Below are positions 35,379 to 44,321 of a stretch of DNA of 64,000 nt, piece after piece (position 1 is the first letter of the stretch; every line of letters begins with the position of its first letter). The position numbers were made by a program, and so were the translations under genes. The notes below the pieces were generated by a model, which was not told the origin of the DNA, searched no databases, and saw only the letters and a list, made by a program, of their open reading frames with translations. Source of the stretch: Escherichia phage AV125; sequence record OR352955.1. One strand, 5' to 3'.

Positions 35379-35741
35379 ATGTCTAAAGATTTTGTTGAAG
35401 TATTTGTCAAAGATGAAGAAACTGGTTTAGGCACGGGTTTCATTTGTGAAGAAACTTTTAAGCGTGAACAAGAAAAAGCTATTCTTATGCACCGCTATGA
35501 TCATGCATTAGAACAATGGAAAAATGCAGAACAAAAATGCAAAAACCTTTATGCAGAAAATAGAAAACTACAAGATCAAATGGAGTTGTTAGCTATCAGT
35601 TTACGATCTCTCATTTTGGCTGTAGAAGACGGTTTTAAAAATCCAGATGGTTTTCCTGTGAGCGATATTGAACATGATTTGTATCTTGCTCGTGGTGCTT
35701 ACTTTTATGTTAAACAGAAGTCTGTAGAAGGAGAGAAGTGA
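35379..35741 (+). CDS. hypothetical protein (120 aa), predicted coiled coil
   Basis: Track ORF 35259 shortened to ATG 35379 after TAGGAGA, removing overlap with 35114 gene. Confidence 0.5.
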   Translation: MSKDFVEVFVKDEETGLGTGFICEETFKREQEKAILMHRYDHALEQWKNAEQKCKNLYAENRKLQDQMELLAISLRSLILAVEDGFKNPDGFPVSDIEHDLYLARGAYFYVKQKSVEGEK

Positions 35742-35938
35742 TGGAAGAAAAACTGGAACGTATTATCGAGTTAGCCATGTCTATTGGCTACGACGATTGT
35801 TTTCTCCAAACTATTGGAGAAACACAGAACGATTACGACTCTTGGGTGAAAGAGTTGGAAGAACTCAAAACTTCCTTGATTGCTGACTTTGCTGAAGCAG
35901 AGGATAAAGCGGATCGTTACAACTATCTGTGTCGATAA
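35738..35938 (+). CDS. hypothetical protein (66 aa)
   Basis: ATGA overlap. Confidence 0.45.
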   Translation: MMEEKLERIIELAMSIGYDDCFLQTIGETQNDYDSWVKELEELKTSLIADFAEAEDKADRYNYLCR

Positions 35939-35941
35939 ACC

Positions 35942-35969
35942 TTGACATTTCTTTTATGTATGGTATACA
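35942..35969 (+). promoter_or_regulatory. sigma70-type promoter
   Basis: TTGACA 35942 - 16 nt - TATACA 35964. Confidence 0.4.
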
Positions 35970-36000
35970 TACATTATCAACGTGAGCAAGGTGGTGTAAT

Positions 36001-36273
36001 ATGAATAAAGATCGGTTTCTTTCTTTAGTCGCGGAAGCGCCTTTTGATGTTCTTGGGGTGAGATTATGGAAAGACAGAAACTATGGGTTAGATGTTCAAA
36101 CATATTCTCTTTGGTTGGTTGGGGAGCACAGCTTAGATGAAAGCTTGTGCATGGGTAGGGATTCTCGTTCCCTTTGTTTAAAGTTTAGAAGCTTAGAACG
36201 CGCAAACAAAGAGCAAGAAAAACTAACGAGGTGGCTAAATGAAAACAAGCGCAGGGTTGATGGAGTTTTATAA
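36001..36273 (+). CDS. hypothetical protein (90 aa)
   Basis: ORF track; AAGGTGG upstream. Confidence 0.5.
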   Translation: MNKDRFLSLVAEAPFDVLGVRLWKDRNYGLDVQTYSLWLVGEHSLDESLCMGRDSRSLCLKFRSLERANKEQEKLTRWLNENKRRVDGVL

Positions 36274-36565
36274 AATTTATCTAGCATGGATTGATGTTGG
36301 TGCTCCTGATGGTAAACCTTTTCGGCGGGATTGTGGTTTGTGTGCCAACTTGTTCGATTATGTGCACAGAGGTAATTACAATCCCCTTATAACAACCTTG
36401 TCAGATGAAATGCACGCACAGTTTTACCACAAAGGGTTGAGTCAAGAATTACCCTTCAATGAGAACTACGATGCATATGTCTTAGAATCAGATGCAGGGG
36501 TATGTCACCTGAACGTGGACAGGATTAATTGGGTAAGAGATCGTATTGCAGAGGAGGATGAATAA
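36239..36565 (+). CDS. paralog family A member 4 (108 aa)
   Basis: FYKIYLAWIDVGAPDGKPF..GLCANL..EMHAQF..GL..PFN...CHLNVDRINWVRDRI. Confidence 0.55.
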   Translation: MKTSAGLMEFYKIYLAWIDVGAPDGKPFRRDCGLCANLFDYVHRGNYNPLITTLSDEMHAQFYHKGLSQELPFNENYDAYVLESDAGVCHLNVDRINWVRDRIAEEDE

Positions 36566-36792
36566 TGTCGGATTATAACTGGTATGAACTTGAAGCTGTT
36601 TGTCAGTTTTATGATTCAATAGTTCTGCGTGATCCAATCTGTCAAGAATTAAGTCGCCGTGCAAGTGCATTGGCAATCCGTGTTAAAATAAACGGTTGGA
36701 ACGCAGATTTGGAAAAAGAGTTGGCATTTCTCTTAGAAAACACGCGGGTCTTCCGCAAAGTGTTCCCTGAATGGTTTGAGATGGAGGAATAA
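36565..36792 (+). CDS. hypothetical protein (75 aa)
   Basis: ORF track. Confidence 0.5.
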   Translation: MSDYNWYELEAVCQFYDSIVLRDPICQELSRRASALAIRVKINGWNADLEKELAFLLENTRVFRKVFPEWFEMEE

Positions 36793-36794
36793 CC

Positions 36795-37010
36795 ATGTGG
36801 ATTGTCCGTCTTAAATATGATGGTCCAGGTTCTTGGGTGCATAATGTTTGTGGTTGCGATTCCGAAGAAGCAGCACACAAAGCAGGAAGAGCAGTAAGTG
36901 CCTTCTATAATGACAAACCTCTTTGTTTAGAGATGGCAGGTGTGGTGAGCATGAGTATGTTTGAATACTACTCCTATGATATTAAAAAACATGAAGGAGA
37001 GTGGAAATGA
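36795..37010 (+). CDS. hypothetical protein (71 aa)
   Basis: ORF track; GGAGGAATAACC upstream. Confidence 0.5.
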   Translation: MWIVRLKYDGPGSWVHNVCGCDSEEAAHKAGRAVSAFYNDKPLCLEMAGVVSMSMFEYYSYDIKKHEGEWK

Positions 37011-37327
37011 GCGAAGAACTATTAACATTTTACCGCACGTATTTGGCATGGTTGGAAGCTGGTGCTCCTGAAGGTGAACCGTTCACCCGTTGCACAGGTT
37101 TGTGCTCTAACCTCTATGATTTTTACGATATGGGGGAAAGCGAACGATACGAACCTGTACTGGATGAAATGCATGAGCAGTTCTACCGCAAAGATTTGGT
37201 TATGGTATTGCCTTTCAACAGTAATTTTGGAAAGTACACCTTAGAAGCGGAAAAAAGCCGCTGTCATTTGAATGTGGATCGTGTGAACTGGGTAAAAGAA
37301 CGTGTAGCAGAAGAAATAATTGGTTGA
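37007..37327 (+). CDS. paralog family A member 5 (106 aa)
   Basis: Start ATG 37007 (ATGA overlap); FYRTYLAWLEAGAPEGEPF..GLCSNL..EMHEQF..PFN..CHLNVDRVNWVKERV. Confidence 0.6.
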   Translation: MSEELLTFYRTYLAWLEAGAPEGEPFTRCTGLCSNLYDFYDMGESERYEPVLDEMHEQFYRKDLVMVLPFNSNFGKYTLEAEKSRCHLNVDRVNWVKERVAEEIIG

Positions 37328-37381
37328 CAGAAGGATCTGTCTTTGTCATAATCATCTCATCGAAACAGAGAGGAGAAAATC

Positions 37382-37795
37382 ATGAAAAAATTTATTTGCA
37401 CCCGTTCCACTAACAGTGATATCCTTGTAGGTAAGGTTATCAAAGGAGAACTCTTCCATGCAAATGGTAAGAAATATATCCTGCTGAAAGATTCTTTCAA
37501 CGGGGAATATCCGCGCTGCACTTTCTTTAATTACAACACTCCATTTGCTTTAGAAGGAGATGCTTGGGAATGGGCTGAACTCAATCCTTGTTGTGAAGAA
37601 GAAGAATCTATGTTCTTAGGTTTAAACGTTTACCGTGTAGATTACACCATGTGCGGAGCGGAACATTCTGTTCGCGTAGAAGCCGAATCCAAACTACAAG
37701 CACCTTTCAAGGCAGGATTGACTTTGGGTCATTGTTTGGCAAACATTGAAGATGTTGTGATCCAAAGAGTTGTTTTAGAGAAAGAGGCTATTTGA
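37382..37795 (+). CDS. hypothetical protein (137 aa)
   Basis: ORF track; GAGAGGAG upstream. Confidence 0.55.
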   Translation: MKKFICTRSTNSDILVGKVIKGELFHANGKKYILLKDSFNGEYPRCTFFNYNTPFALEGDAWEWAELNPCCEEEESMFLGLNVYRVDYTMCGAEHSVRVEAESKLQAPFKAGLTLGHCLANIEDVVIQRVVLEKEAI

Positions 37796-37849
37796 CAGAA
37801 GACGGTACAATATTTAAAATATAAAGATTAACCACAAAAGGAGAGAAAC

Positions 37850-38149
37850 ATGCAAGTTGAAGACCTGATCAAGATTCTGAATAAAGCCAAAGAGAAGGGT
37901 GCTATCAAAGACTGGAAACGTGAAACAAGTGAAGACCTATCTCACTGTTGCCGAGAATTTTACATCGAAGGTATTGCTGACGATCATTATATTATCGAAT
38001 GGTATATCAACTTAATGACTCTTAAGCACGGTTCGTTTGAGGTTTGGTTTGATGATATTGATGTAAATGGTTTTCATCCTGGCTATAAAATCGCTATGCA
38101 GTTATCTTATCGTAGAGAAGTTGTAGCACATTTGGGTTTACATAACTAA
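37850..38149 (+). CDS. hypothetical protein (99 aa)
   Basis: ORF track. Confidence 0.55.
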   Translation: MQVEDLIKILNKAKEKGAIKDWKRETSEDLSHCCREFYIEGIADDHYIIEWYINLMTLKHGSFEVWFDDIDVNGFHPGYKIAMQLSYRREVVAHLGLHN

Positions 38150-38159
38150 GGAGAAAAGA

Positions 38160-38483
38160 ATGCAAGCAGTTGTTAACGAAGCTATTATGAACTTATCCTT
38201 TTTGTTAGCTGGTTTAGGAGGTGTTCTCATAGGTTTGGCTCTTATCTGGTGTATTCGTCGATTAATCGGGTACCGACAAAAAGGTGTTTCATGTTTTGTA
38301 TCTTACAATTTTACAACTGCTTACAGCAATGAGGTTGGATCTGGCAATGCTCAAGCATTTTTACCAACATATCCTCCTACGGTGGAAGATATTCGAAACT
38401 TGGAAGTAGAACTTATGGGACTAAGTGATAACTATACATCTCTAGTTATTCAAAATATTTTTCGACTAAAACAGGAGGCGTGA
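38160..38483 (+). CDS. membrane protein (107 aa)
   Basis: Hydrophobic LSFLLAGLGGVLIGLALIWCI. Confidence 0.5.
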   Translation: MQAVVNEAIMNLSFLLAGLGGVLIGLALIWCIRRLIGYRQKGVSCFVSYNFTTAYSNEVGSGNAQAFLPTYPPTVEDIRNLEVELMGLSDNYTSLVIQNIFRLKQEA

Positions 38484-38696
38484 ATGAAGGTACATTACCC
38501 TCATCCCTTTGATCCTAAAAACAAAGCCGTAATTCTTCGTCAGTGGCAACGGGTTTGTCGTACTAAATGTCCAATCAATAGCCCACACAATGTAGACAAG
38601 GACTATCTTGGGACATTTGTTGAATACACTTACATAGACAAAAACAAGCGTAAACAACATGTCGAGGAATACTGCTTAAGAGTAGAATGGCTGTAA
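38484..38696 (+). CDS. hypothetical protein (70 aa)
   Basis: ORF track. Confidence 0.5.
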   Translation: MKVHYPHPFDPKNKAVILRQWQRVCRTKCPINSPHNVDKDYLGTFVEYTYIDKNKRKQHVEEYCLRVEWL

Positions 38697-38708
38697 ATAA
38701 TAAATACC

Positions 38709-38737
38709 TTGACAAGTGTTTATTCGTTTTGTAAAGT
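38709..38737 (+). promoter_or_regulatory. sigma70-type promoter
   Basis: TTGACA 38709 - 17 nt - TAAAGT 38732. Confidence 0.4.
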
Positions 38738-38766
38738 GAGGATACAGCAATGGTTTAGGAGTGGTT

Positions 38767-39438
38767 ATGAAAAAGTTTGTTGTTTACAGTCGTCTTTCTA
38801 AACAGAAAAAAGGTGAGGCACAATATGGTATGGAGAGCCAAGAGAACGATATCCGTTACTTCTTAGACTCTGTGCCTGATGCGGAAGTTATTGGTCAATT
38901 TTCTGAATACTATTCGGGTAAGGGCGATTGGAAGCAACGTAAGGAACTGGTTAAAGCGGTTGAAATGTGTAAAGCTACCGGAGCAACTTTATTGGTAGCT
39001 AAAGTTGACCGCTTGGGTCGTAACAACGCCTCCGTAGCAACTCTTCTAGAAATGATCGATGTTAAGATAGCCATCATGCCAGACGCAGATAAAATGGTTA
39101 TACAGCTTCTGTCTGTTCTGGCTGAACAAGAAGTTAGAGGTATTGCTGATCGTATTAAAAAGGGTCTTGCTGTAGCAAAAAGCAAAGGTGTTTTATTAGG
39201 CAGTGCTAATCCTAAAACTGCCGCTGCACGTAGAAAAGGAAAAATGGAATACAACTCTGTTAAAGCAGACGCTTTTGCAGAGACATTCCGTGAACGTTTG
39301 GAGATCCTTAGAGATTTAAATACACCTTACAAAACTATTGCTGAAAAATTCAATAGTAAGAAAATAGCAACAGCACGTGGTGGTAAATGGGATGCTAAAA
39401 CTGTTTCTCGTTTGTGTGCCAGACTGAACATTAAATAG
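38767..39438 (+). CDS. serine recombinase (resolvase/invertase family)
   Basis: 223 aa; N-terminal VVYSRLSKQKK (catalytic Ser context), LLVAKVDRLGRN and QLLSVLAEQEVRGIADRIKKGLAVAKSKGVLLG match resolvase catalytic-domain motifs as remembered. Confidence 0.7.
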   Translation: MKKFVVYSRLSKQKKGEAQYGMESQENDIRYFLDSVPDAEVIGQFSEYYSGKGDWKQRKELVKAVEMCKATGATLLVAKVDRLGRNNASVATLLEMIDVKIAIMPDADKMVIQLLSVLAEQEVRGIADRIKKGLAVAKSKGVLLGSANPKTAAARRKGKMEYNSVKADAFAETFRERLEILRDLNTPYKTIAEKFNSKKIATARGGKWDAKTVSRLCARLNIK

Positions 39439-39446
39439 GAGAGGAT

Positions 39447-39869
39447 ATGAAACAAGAAAATGAATCTGTAGATCACTTAATCATGCTGTCAGCCCTTTTT
39501 GCCGGATGGGACGTATTTTTTGAAAATTTGTTCAATTCTGCTACAGATGGTTCCGATTTTATGCGCCAGTTTAAACGACGAACTGTTGAGGACTATGCTT
39601 TCTATTCAGGTCGGATTGAAAAAGGTTACGAAGATACAAATACAACACTCACCATTAAAGTTTTAGATGTGATGTTTAGTGTTATAGATGCTATCGACGA
39701 AAGTCTTCCGATCCTAGACAATTGTAATACGAAAGCCTATGTTTACAAAATAGCTCGTGCTTATGTGTCTGCAAACAGTTGTCTTCTTTCCACCCAGATT
39801 GCCGTGAACAATCTTGCCAACTTGTTTGACGAAGGAGAAACTTTTTATGACAATCGATTTGAAGTGTAA
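39447..39869 (+). CDS. hypothetical protein (140 aa)
   Basis: ORF track. Confidence 0.5.
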   Translation: MKQENESVDHLIMLSALFAGWDVFFENLFNSATDGSDFMRQFKRRTVEDYAFYSGRIEKGYEDTNTTLTIKVLDVMFSVIDAIDESLPILDNCNTKAYVYKIARAYVSANSCLLSTQIAVNNLANLFDEGETFYDNRFEV

Positions 39870-40212
39870 GAGGATTCTTTTAGATTTCTATAATAATTGG
39901 TTAGAACACCTCCGTCTCTTTCCAAGAGAAAGTGGTTACGCTGATGTTGGCTTATGCCGAGGTCTGCGTATGTATATAAGTGATGAATTTCGGTCCGAGC
40001 ATTCTTTAGCATATTCTGTTTATGGTATGCAATTAGCCAGTTTTGAAAACGCTGGCTTAGATACAACTTTCCCATTTAACACAGCAAAATCTTTTGAGCA
40101 AGAGTGTAAGGAAAAACGTTGCATGTTTAATGAAAAACGTGTACAGTGGGTTAAGGATCGAGTTAAACAATTGGAACAAGAGTTGGATTTCTTTTATGAC
40201 GAGGCAGAATAA
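39847..40212 (+). CDS. paralog family A member 6 (121 aa)
   Basis: Start ATG 39847; FYNNWLEH..GLCRGL....AGLDTTFPFN..RVQWVKDRV. Confidence 0.55.
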   Translation: MTIDLKCKRILLDFYNNWLEHLRLFPRESGYADVGLCRGLRMYISDEFRSEHSLAYSVYGMQLASFENAGLDTTFPFNTAKSFEQECKEKRCMFNEKRVQWVKDRVKQLEQELDFFYDEAE

Positions 40213-40484
40213 TGGATAGACAAACCTTAAAAACAATGGCAGATGCTACTAATTCCCCGTACTTTGAAAAAGTAAGTAAATTGGTAGTTCAAGCCGCAGA
40301 GGAAGGATATTATAACATAAACATCCACAACCCAAATCTTATACTAGAAATGCCAAGCGATAAGAAGATACAAGAGAGTATCTGTGAAGGTATTGTTAGT
40401 TACTGGCGCGAGCGTGGGTGTGGTGCAAACATGGCTTTAGACAGTGCAAACATTGTAAGATATATAAATATTTCTTGGGGGTGA
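40212..40484 (+). CDS. hypothetical protein (90 aa)
   Basis: Overlapping start with upstream stop. Confidence 0.5.
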   Translation: MDRQTLKTMADATNSPYFEKVSKLVVQAAEEGYYNINIHNPNLILEMPSDKKIQESICEGIVSYWRERGCGANMALDSANIVRYINISWG

Positions 40485-40488
40485 TTTT

Positions 40489-41100
40489 ATGATTCAATGC
40501 ACTCATATCCAAATTACTTGGAGAGATGAACTTTACCATTTGGGACAATTTACTGTAGGGGAAACATACCCTGTCATTAAACATAATCCTAACATCGCAA
40601 ACTTTGACAGGATGGTTCTTGTTGAGGACGATCTAGGTCAAACTTATTCTTTAGATCTAAAATATCCGTTTTCTTACGGCTACGATTGGATCGTTACTTT
40701 TGAAGACGTGGAGGAAAATAAAGCAATGAACGAAAAAAATTCTTGGTATTATCGTTGTGAACTGCCGCCAGTAGGTGAAAAGGTTATCTTTGTTCCTGAT
40801 TTGGAAAGATATTCTTGGGACAGTTCTTATTCTGTTCCTAAAGAAGGCACCGAAGTTGAAGTTATTGCACATCGCACAACTTCACATGGTAACGATGTAG
40901 CAGTTGTTTTCTGGGATGATGAAGGCGCTGCTTGTGCAGGTGGCTTTGTTGCAGGTAATTTTGAACCCCTGCCAGATCCTTTGAAGGAGGCAATTTTAGG
41001 CGTAGCTTCTTTTGGACTCTCTTACACATCTGCACAAGAGATCGTAGAAGGTATTTTAAACGGTACCGTTCCAAACGAAATTTTTAAACAGATTAAATAG
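40489..41100 (+). CDS. hypothetical protein (203 aa)
   Basis: ORF track. Confidence 0.6.
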   Translation: MIQCTHIQITWRDELYHLGQFTVGETYPVIKHNPNIANFDRMVLVEDDLGQTYSLDLKYPFSYGYDWIVTFEDVEENKAMNEKNSWYYRCELPPVGEKVIFVPDLERYSWDSSYSVPKEGTEVEVIAHRTTSHGNDVAVVFWDDEGAACAGGFVAGNFEPLPDPLKEAILGVASFGLSYTSAQEIVEGILNGTVPNEIFKQIK

Positions 41101-41106
41101 TAGTTG

Positions 41107-41130
41107 CACCCCGTTCTGCGGGGTGTTATT
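41107..41130 (+). terminator. intrinsic terminator or attenuator
   Basis: CACCCCG-ttctg-CGGGGTG then TTATTGTAT. Confidence 0.45.
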
Positions 41131-41151
41131 GTATACGTAAAGGAGGCGCTA

Positions 41152-41511
41152 ATGTATTACACTGAAGACTACATATTGTATAACTTTTTTAAAGGCTGGT
41201 TGGAATGGGCGGAAAAAGCTCCTGTTGGAGATTGTGTTTTTCCTTGGGACTCTCGTCAAGGTTTGTGTCGTTGTTTGGAAGACTGGCTTATAACCACAAG
41301 CTACAATTCAGAGACTAAGAAATCTACATCAAAGAGACTAAAAATGTTATTTGAAGAAGATGGTTTAGATCCGATTTATCCTTTCGGTGCTGAAAGCTTC
41401 CACAATGGTCTTTTTCTTGGCACTCAACATTATGACAAAGATCGCGTAGATTGGGTAAAAGAAAAGGTAGCACAGTATGAATGGGGGCTAAGACTTATCA
41501 TCGTTGGTTAG
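41152..41511 (+). CDS. paralog family A member 7 (119 aa)
   Basis: Start ATG 41152 after AAGGAGG; FFKGWLEWAEKAPVGD..GLCRCL...DGLDPIYPFG..RVDWVKEKV. Confidence 0.55.
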   Translation: MYYTEDYILYNFFKGWLEWAEKAPVGDCVFPWDSRQGLCRCLEDWLITTSYNSETKKSTSKRLKMLFEEDGLDPIYPFGAESFHNGLFLGTQHYDKDRVDWVKEKVAQYEWGLRLIIVG

Positions 41512-41681
41512 AAAGTTATATTAAGAAATGTGAACTTGGTGTTCCAGGCTATACTTACGACACGGACGAGATCCTTGATGAAATGGAAGTTTGGTTTAAA
41601 GATCCTCGTGAACTATTGGAAAACATTCTAATGGCTTGGGATGGTACGGCACAAAGCATTGAAGGAGGTAGAAATGAGTAA
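41481..41681 (+). CDS. hypothetical protein (66 aa)
   Basis: ORF track; overlaps end of upstream gene in another frame. Confidence 0.4.
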   Translation: MGAKTYHRWLESYIKKCELGVPGYTYDTDEILDEMEVWFKDPRELLENILMAWDGTAQSIEGGRNE

Positions 41682-41808
41682 GAAATTGTTTAATATTCGT
41701 GAGAACCGTGATGGATCGTTCTCTGTAGTCAATGAGTTTAACGTTTCGGTTGGGACTTTTATTACTAAACGTCAAGCAGAACAAGTAAGAGATACTTTAA
41801 ACAAGTAA
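41674..41808 (+). CDS. small hypothetical protein (44 aa)
   Basis: Own translation MSKKLFNIRENRDGSFSVVNEFNVSVGTFITKRQAEQVRDTLNK after GGAGGTAG. Confidence 0.35.
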   Translation: MSKKLFNIRENRDGSFSVVNEFNVSVGTFITKRQAEQVRDTLNK

Positions 41809-41825
41809 ATTTTTAAGGGGGACTT

Positions 41826-42245
41826 ATGTTAGGTAAGATCAAAGCCTTTTTCAAACGTATTATCGAAGGAAGTCCAACAGAAGGTGCATTAGGAAGATCT
41901 CTAACAGGAGAACCGCTTGCCATAATTTCTATCAGTCGGTATGGTGGATATTCAATTAAACAAACACCTTTAGGTATAGAAGGTAGTATGCTTTCTTGGA
42001 CAATATCTCAAGTTGGTGATAATAGGCTTGCAGCTATAGCATTGCTTCGTGGGGAGTATGACTATTGTTTATCAGCACCTTGTAAAAAGCACCTCATAGA
42101 GCACATTAGAGACAGAGTAGAAAGAGAAGGCGGATACTTCTTCGAAACTAAGAGAAACAAACAAGGAACTCTTGACTTCACTAAGGTTTACTGGGACAAT
42201 CATACTCGTCAAACTGTTGAACAACTTCTGGAGGAAAGATGTTAA
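41826..42245 (+). CDS. hypothetical protein (139 aa)
   Basis: ORF track. Confidence 0.55.
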   Translation: MLGKIKAFFKRIIEGSPTEGALGRSLTGEPLAIISISRYGGYSIKQTPLGIEGSMLSWTISQVGDNRLAAIALLRGEYDYCLSAPCKKHLIEHIRDRVEREGGYFFETKRNKQGTLDFTKVYWDNHTRQTVEQLLEERC

Positions 42246-42448
42246 AAGCTTTTGCTATATACTCTACTGTAGGATTCTTTTATTGGATTATAGTTATTGT
42301 TGGATGTTGGTTAGGTTCTTGTGTTGTGATGGGAGAATGGTTAACATACAATGTATTTGAATGGGATGTAGTTTGTAGATCATTACTTGTTATATGGACT
42401 GTTATTGTTTGTTGGATAACTGTTAGTCTAACATTGGATCTATACTGA
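42239..42448 (+). CDS. membrane protein (69 aa)
   Basis: Two hydrophobic segments. Confidence 0.5.
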   Translation: MLKAFAIYSTVGFFYWIIVIVGCWLGSCVVMGEWLTYNVFEWDVVCRSLLVIWTVIVCWITVSLTLDLY

Positions 42449-42546
42449 TTAATAGATGGTAGATAGATGATCATAGTTTATCTACCTTCACTTACGTTTC
42501 ATACCTCACTATCGTGAGTAACATGAAACATTATTATATAGAAATC

Positions 42547-42607
42547 TACTACTCGCTATCGCTCGTAAACATATGTTTAGGGTACCATATTTTTTTGAAA
42601 AAGTCAA
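42547..42607. repeat. copy 2 of ~60-bp repeated intergenic element
   Basis: TACTCGCTATCGCTCG...TTAGGGTACCATATTTTTTTGAAAAAGTCAA; copy 1 at 8256-8313. Confidence 0.7.
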
Positions 42608-42741
42608 TGCTGATTCACCTATCAATTATCTGTTTAAGATAAGTCTTACCTATCAATCTAACTCTTAACTAGTATTGCACCTATAGTAAGACTATTCCTA
42701 TAGTTATTAACCCTCTTCTTCTGTAGAATGTAATTAGATCC

Positions 42742-42770
42742 TTGACAAACTCACAAAGCTTATGTTACAT
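42742..42770 (+). promoter_or_regulatory. sigma70-type promoter
   Basis: TTGACA 42742 - 17 nt - TTACAT 42765. Confidence 0.4.
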
Positions 42771-42808
42771 TGTGTCTCACAAGTGAATAATACCAAACAG
42801 GAGGAAGA

Positions 42809-43024
42809 ATGAGTTCCAATTTTCTATACAAAGCAAAAGATTCACGAGATGGAGAGAACCATTGGTGGTTGATCACAGCAGATGGTGTTATCATCCTACC
42901 GTGGGACGGAGAGACGAAAGTTCAAATACTAGAGAAAGTAAAAGGTGTTAGTTTTAATGTTAGTCATGATATAACAACTTTCAAAGCTTTTGCTATGAAT
43001 CCTAGTCTTGTTGCTGAATGGTAA
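42809..43024 (+). CDS. hypothetical protein (71 aa)
   Basis: ORF track; AGGAGGAAG upstream. Confidence 0.5.
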   Translation: MSSNFLYKAKDSRDGENHWWLITADGVIILPWDGETKVQILEKVKGVSFNVSHDITTFKAFAMNPSLVAEW

Positions 43025-43037
43025 TCCAGGAGAAGAT

Positions 43038-43256
43038 ATGACTAAAATGTATGCAGCCGTTGATAAGCTGGATGGGTCTGATTCTGTTTTTATTTTGAAT
43101 AAAATGGGTGTCTTAGTTTATGCCCGAACTTCTCAAAACATAGAGCACCAAGTGGAAGCAGCACAAATTTTAGAGCAAATAACCCCTCCATACCTATACT
43201 CAAATGTTGAGCGTTTTAACGATGCACTTGGTTTGACGTTAATAGCGGAATGGTAA
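43038..43256 (+). CDS. hypothetical protein (72 aa)
   Basis: Start ATG 43038 after CAGGAGAAG. Confidence 0.45.
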   Translation: MTKMYAAVDKLDGSDSVFILNKMGVLVYARTSQNIEHQVEAAQILEQITPPYLYSNVERFNDALGLTLIAEW

Positions 43257-43456
43257 TAATGGCGAAAATGTTGAAAATTGATAATGTCGTAACAATCACT
43301 ACGTCCATACCTTGTCCTCCTATGCCTTGCCCCTATTGTGGTGGTGCAGGATATGTTATGGCGGATGTAGGTCAAATTTACGAGTGTAACCCGTGCAAAA
43401 CCACAGGTTATATCCAAATAGAATCAGAGGAGAAACACTATGAGCCAAAACGCTAA
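43250..43456 (+). CDS. zinc-ribbon protein (68 aa)
   Basis: CPPMPCPYCGG....CNPCKTTG cysteine pairs; start uncertain. Confidence 0.4.
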   Translation: MVIMAKMLKIDNVVTITTSIPCPPMPCPYCGGAGYVMADVGQIYECNPCKTTGYIQIESEEKHYEPKR

Positions 43457-43889
43457 AGAAAAAGAAGTAATCACAGTAATCCGTCAGATGGAAGGTGCCG
43501 AAAACAATGCTTTTGTTACTAAGATTCTTCTTAATATCTTTGAAGATGTTATTTTAAACAATCCTGGTCATAAAGATTATCAGTATGATGTTATGATGGG
43601 TGCTTTGCTTGAGATTAACAAAAACACTTTTGCTGAATATGAGCAACACATGCTTTTACCAGAGGAAGATCAGGATTATTTGTTATCTGGTGCTTTAAGT
43701 GCACAAGAAAATTTCTACCACGTTCTTAATATGGCTTATGCAGATGAACTTGCTGTTTCCCTTGAAGAGCGTATTCAAATGGTTCGTGATGTGATGAATG
43801 AACAAATCCAAGAAGTTGAAGACTTGGTAGCAGAACCTTTAGCAGAAATTCGTGCAGCTATTGAAAAACAAAAAGGAACTCAATCATGA
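43440..43889 (+). CDS. hypothetical protein (149 aa)
   Basis: ORF track; GAGGAGAAAC upstream. Confidence 0.55.
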   Translation: MSQNAKEKEVITVIRQMEGAENNAFVTKILLNIFEDVILNNPGHKDYQYDVMMGALLEINKNTFAEYEQHMLLPEEDQDYLLSGALSAQENFYHVLNMAYADELAVSLEERIQMVRDVMNEQIQEVEDLVAEPLAEIRAAIEKQKGTQS

Positions 43890-44053
43890 TGCAAGTAGGT
43901 GATGTGGTTTGCCTTAAAGGTGCAAACAAACAAATGACAGTAATAGAAAGTTATGGTGAATCTTGTAAAGTAACTTGGTTCGATGAAAACGGGGAATTGC
44001 AACACGCCATATTCGATCAAAAAGCTTTGAGGAAGGTTGAAGAAAAAGAATGA
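43886..44053 (+). CDS. small hypothetical protein (55 aa)
   Basis: Own translation MMQVGDVVCLKGANKQMTVIESYGESCKVTWFDENGELQHAIFDQKALRKVEEKE; ATGA overlaps at both ends. Confidence 0.35.
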   Translation: MMQVGDVVCLKGANKQMTVIESYGESCKVTWFDENGELQHAIFDQKALRKVEEKE

Positions 44054-44313
44054 GCCATCCGTCAATATTTTTCTGTTTTGTAGATCTTGAAAACGAGTCT
44101 TTAATCGTTGATAGTGAGGGTTACTTCACTTATTGGGAATCCGAGCACGAAACTATAAGTGTAGTGAAAGAAATTATGCAAACCAATCCAAGCCTACCAG
44201 CGCATAAGTACGGTATTGCAAAAGTGTTTGTTACTAAAACAGAGTACACAAAAGAGCGAAGCACTTTGTACCATAATATTGAAGTGATTCACTATTTCAA
44301 AGATGTTATTTAG
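44050..44313 (+). CDS. hypothetical protein (87 aa)
   Basis: ORF track. Confidence 0.5.
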   Translation: MSHPSIFFCFVDLENESLIVDSEGYFTYWESEHETISVVKEIMQTNPSLPAHKYGIAKVFVTKTEYTKERSTLYHNIEVIHYFKDVI

Positions 44314-44321
44314 GAGGTTAT

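Noticed and set aside
38767-39438. Temperate lifestyle or prophage boundary inferred from the recombinase
   Set aside because: No tyrosine integrase, repressor or attachment-site signature seen; a small serine recombinase alone does not establish lysogeny.
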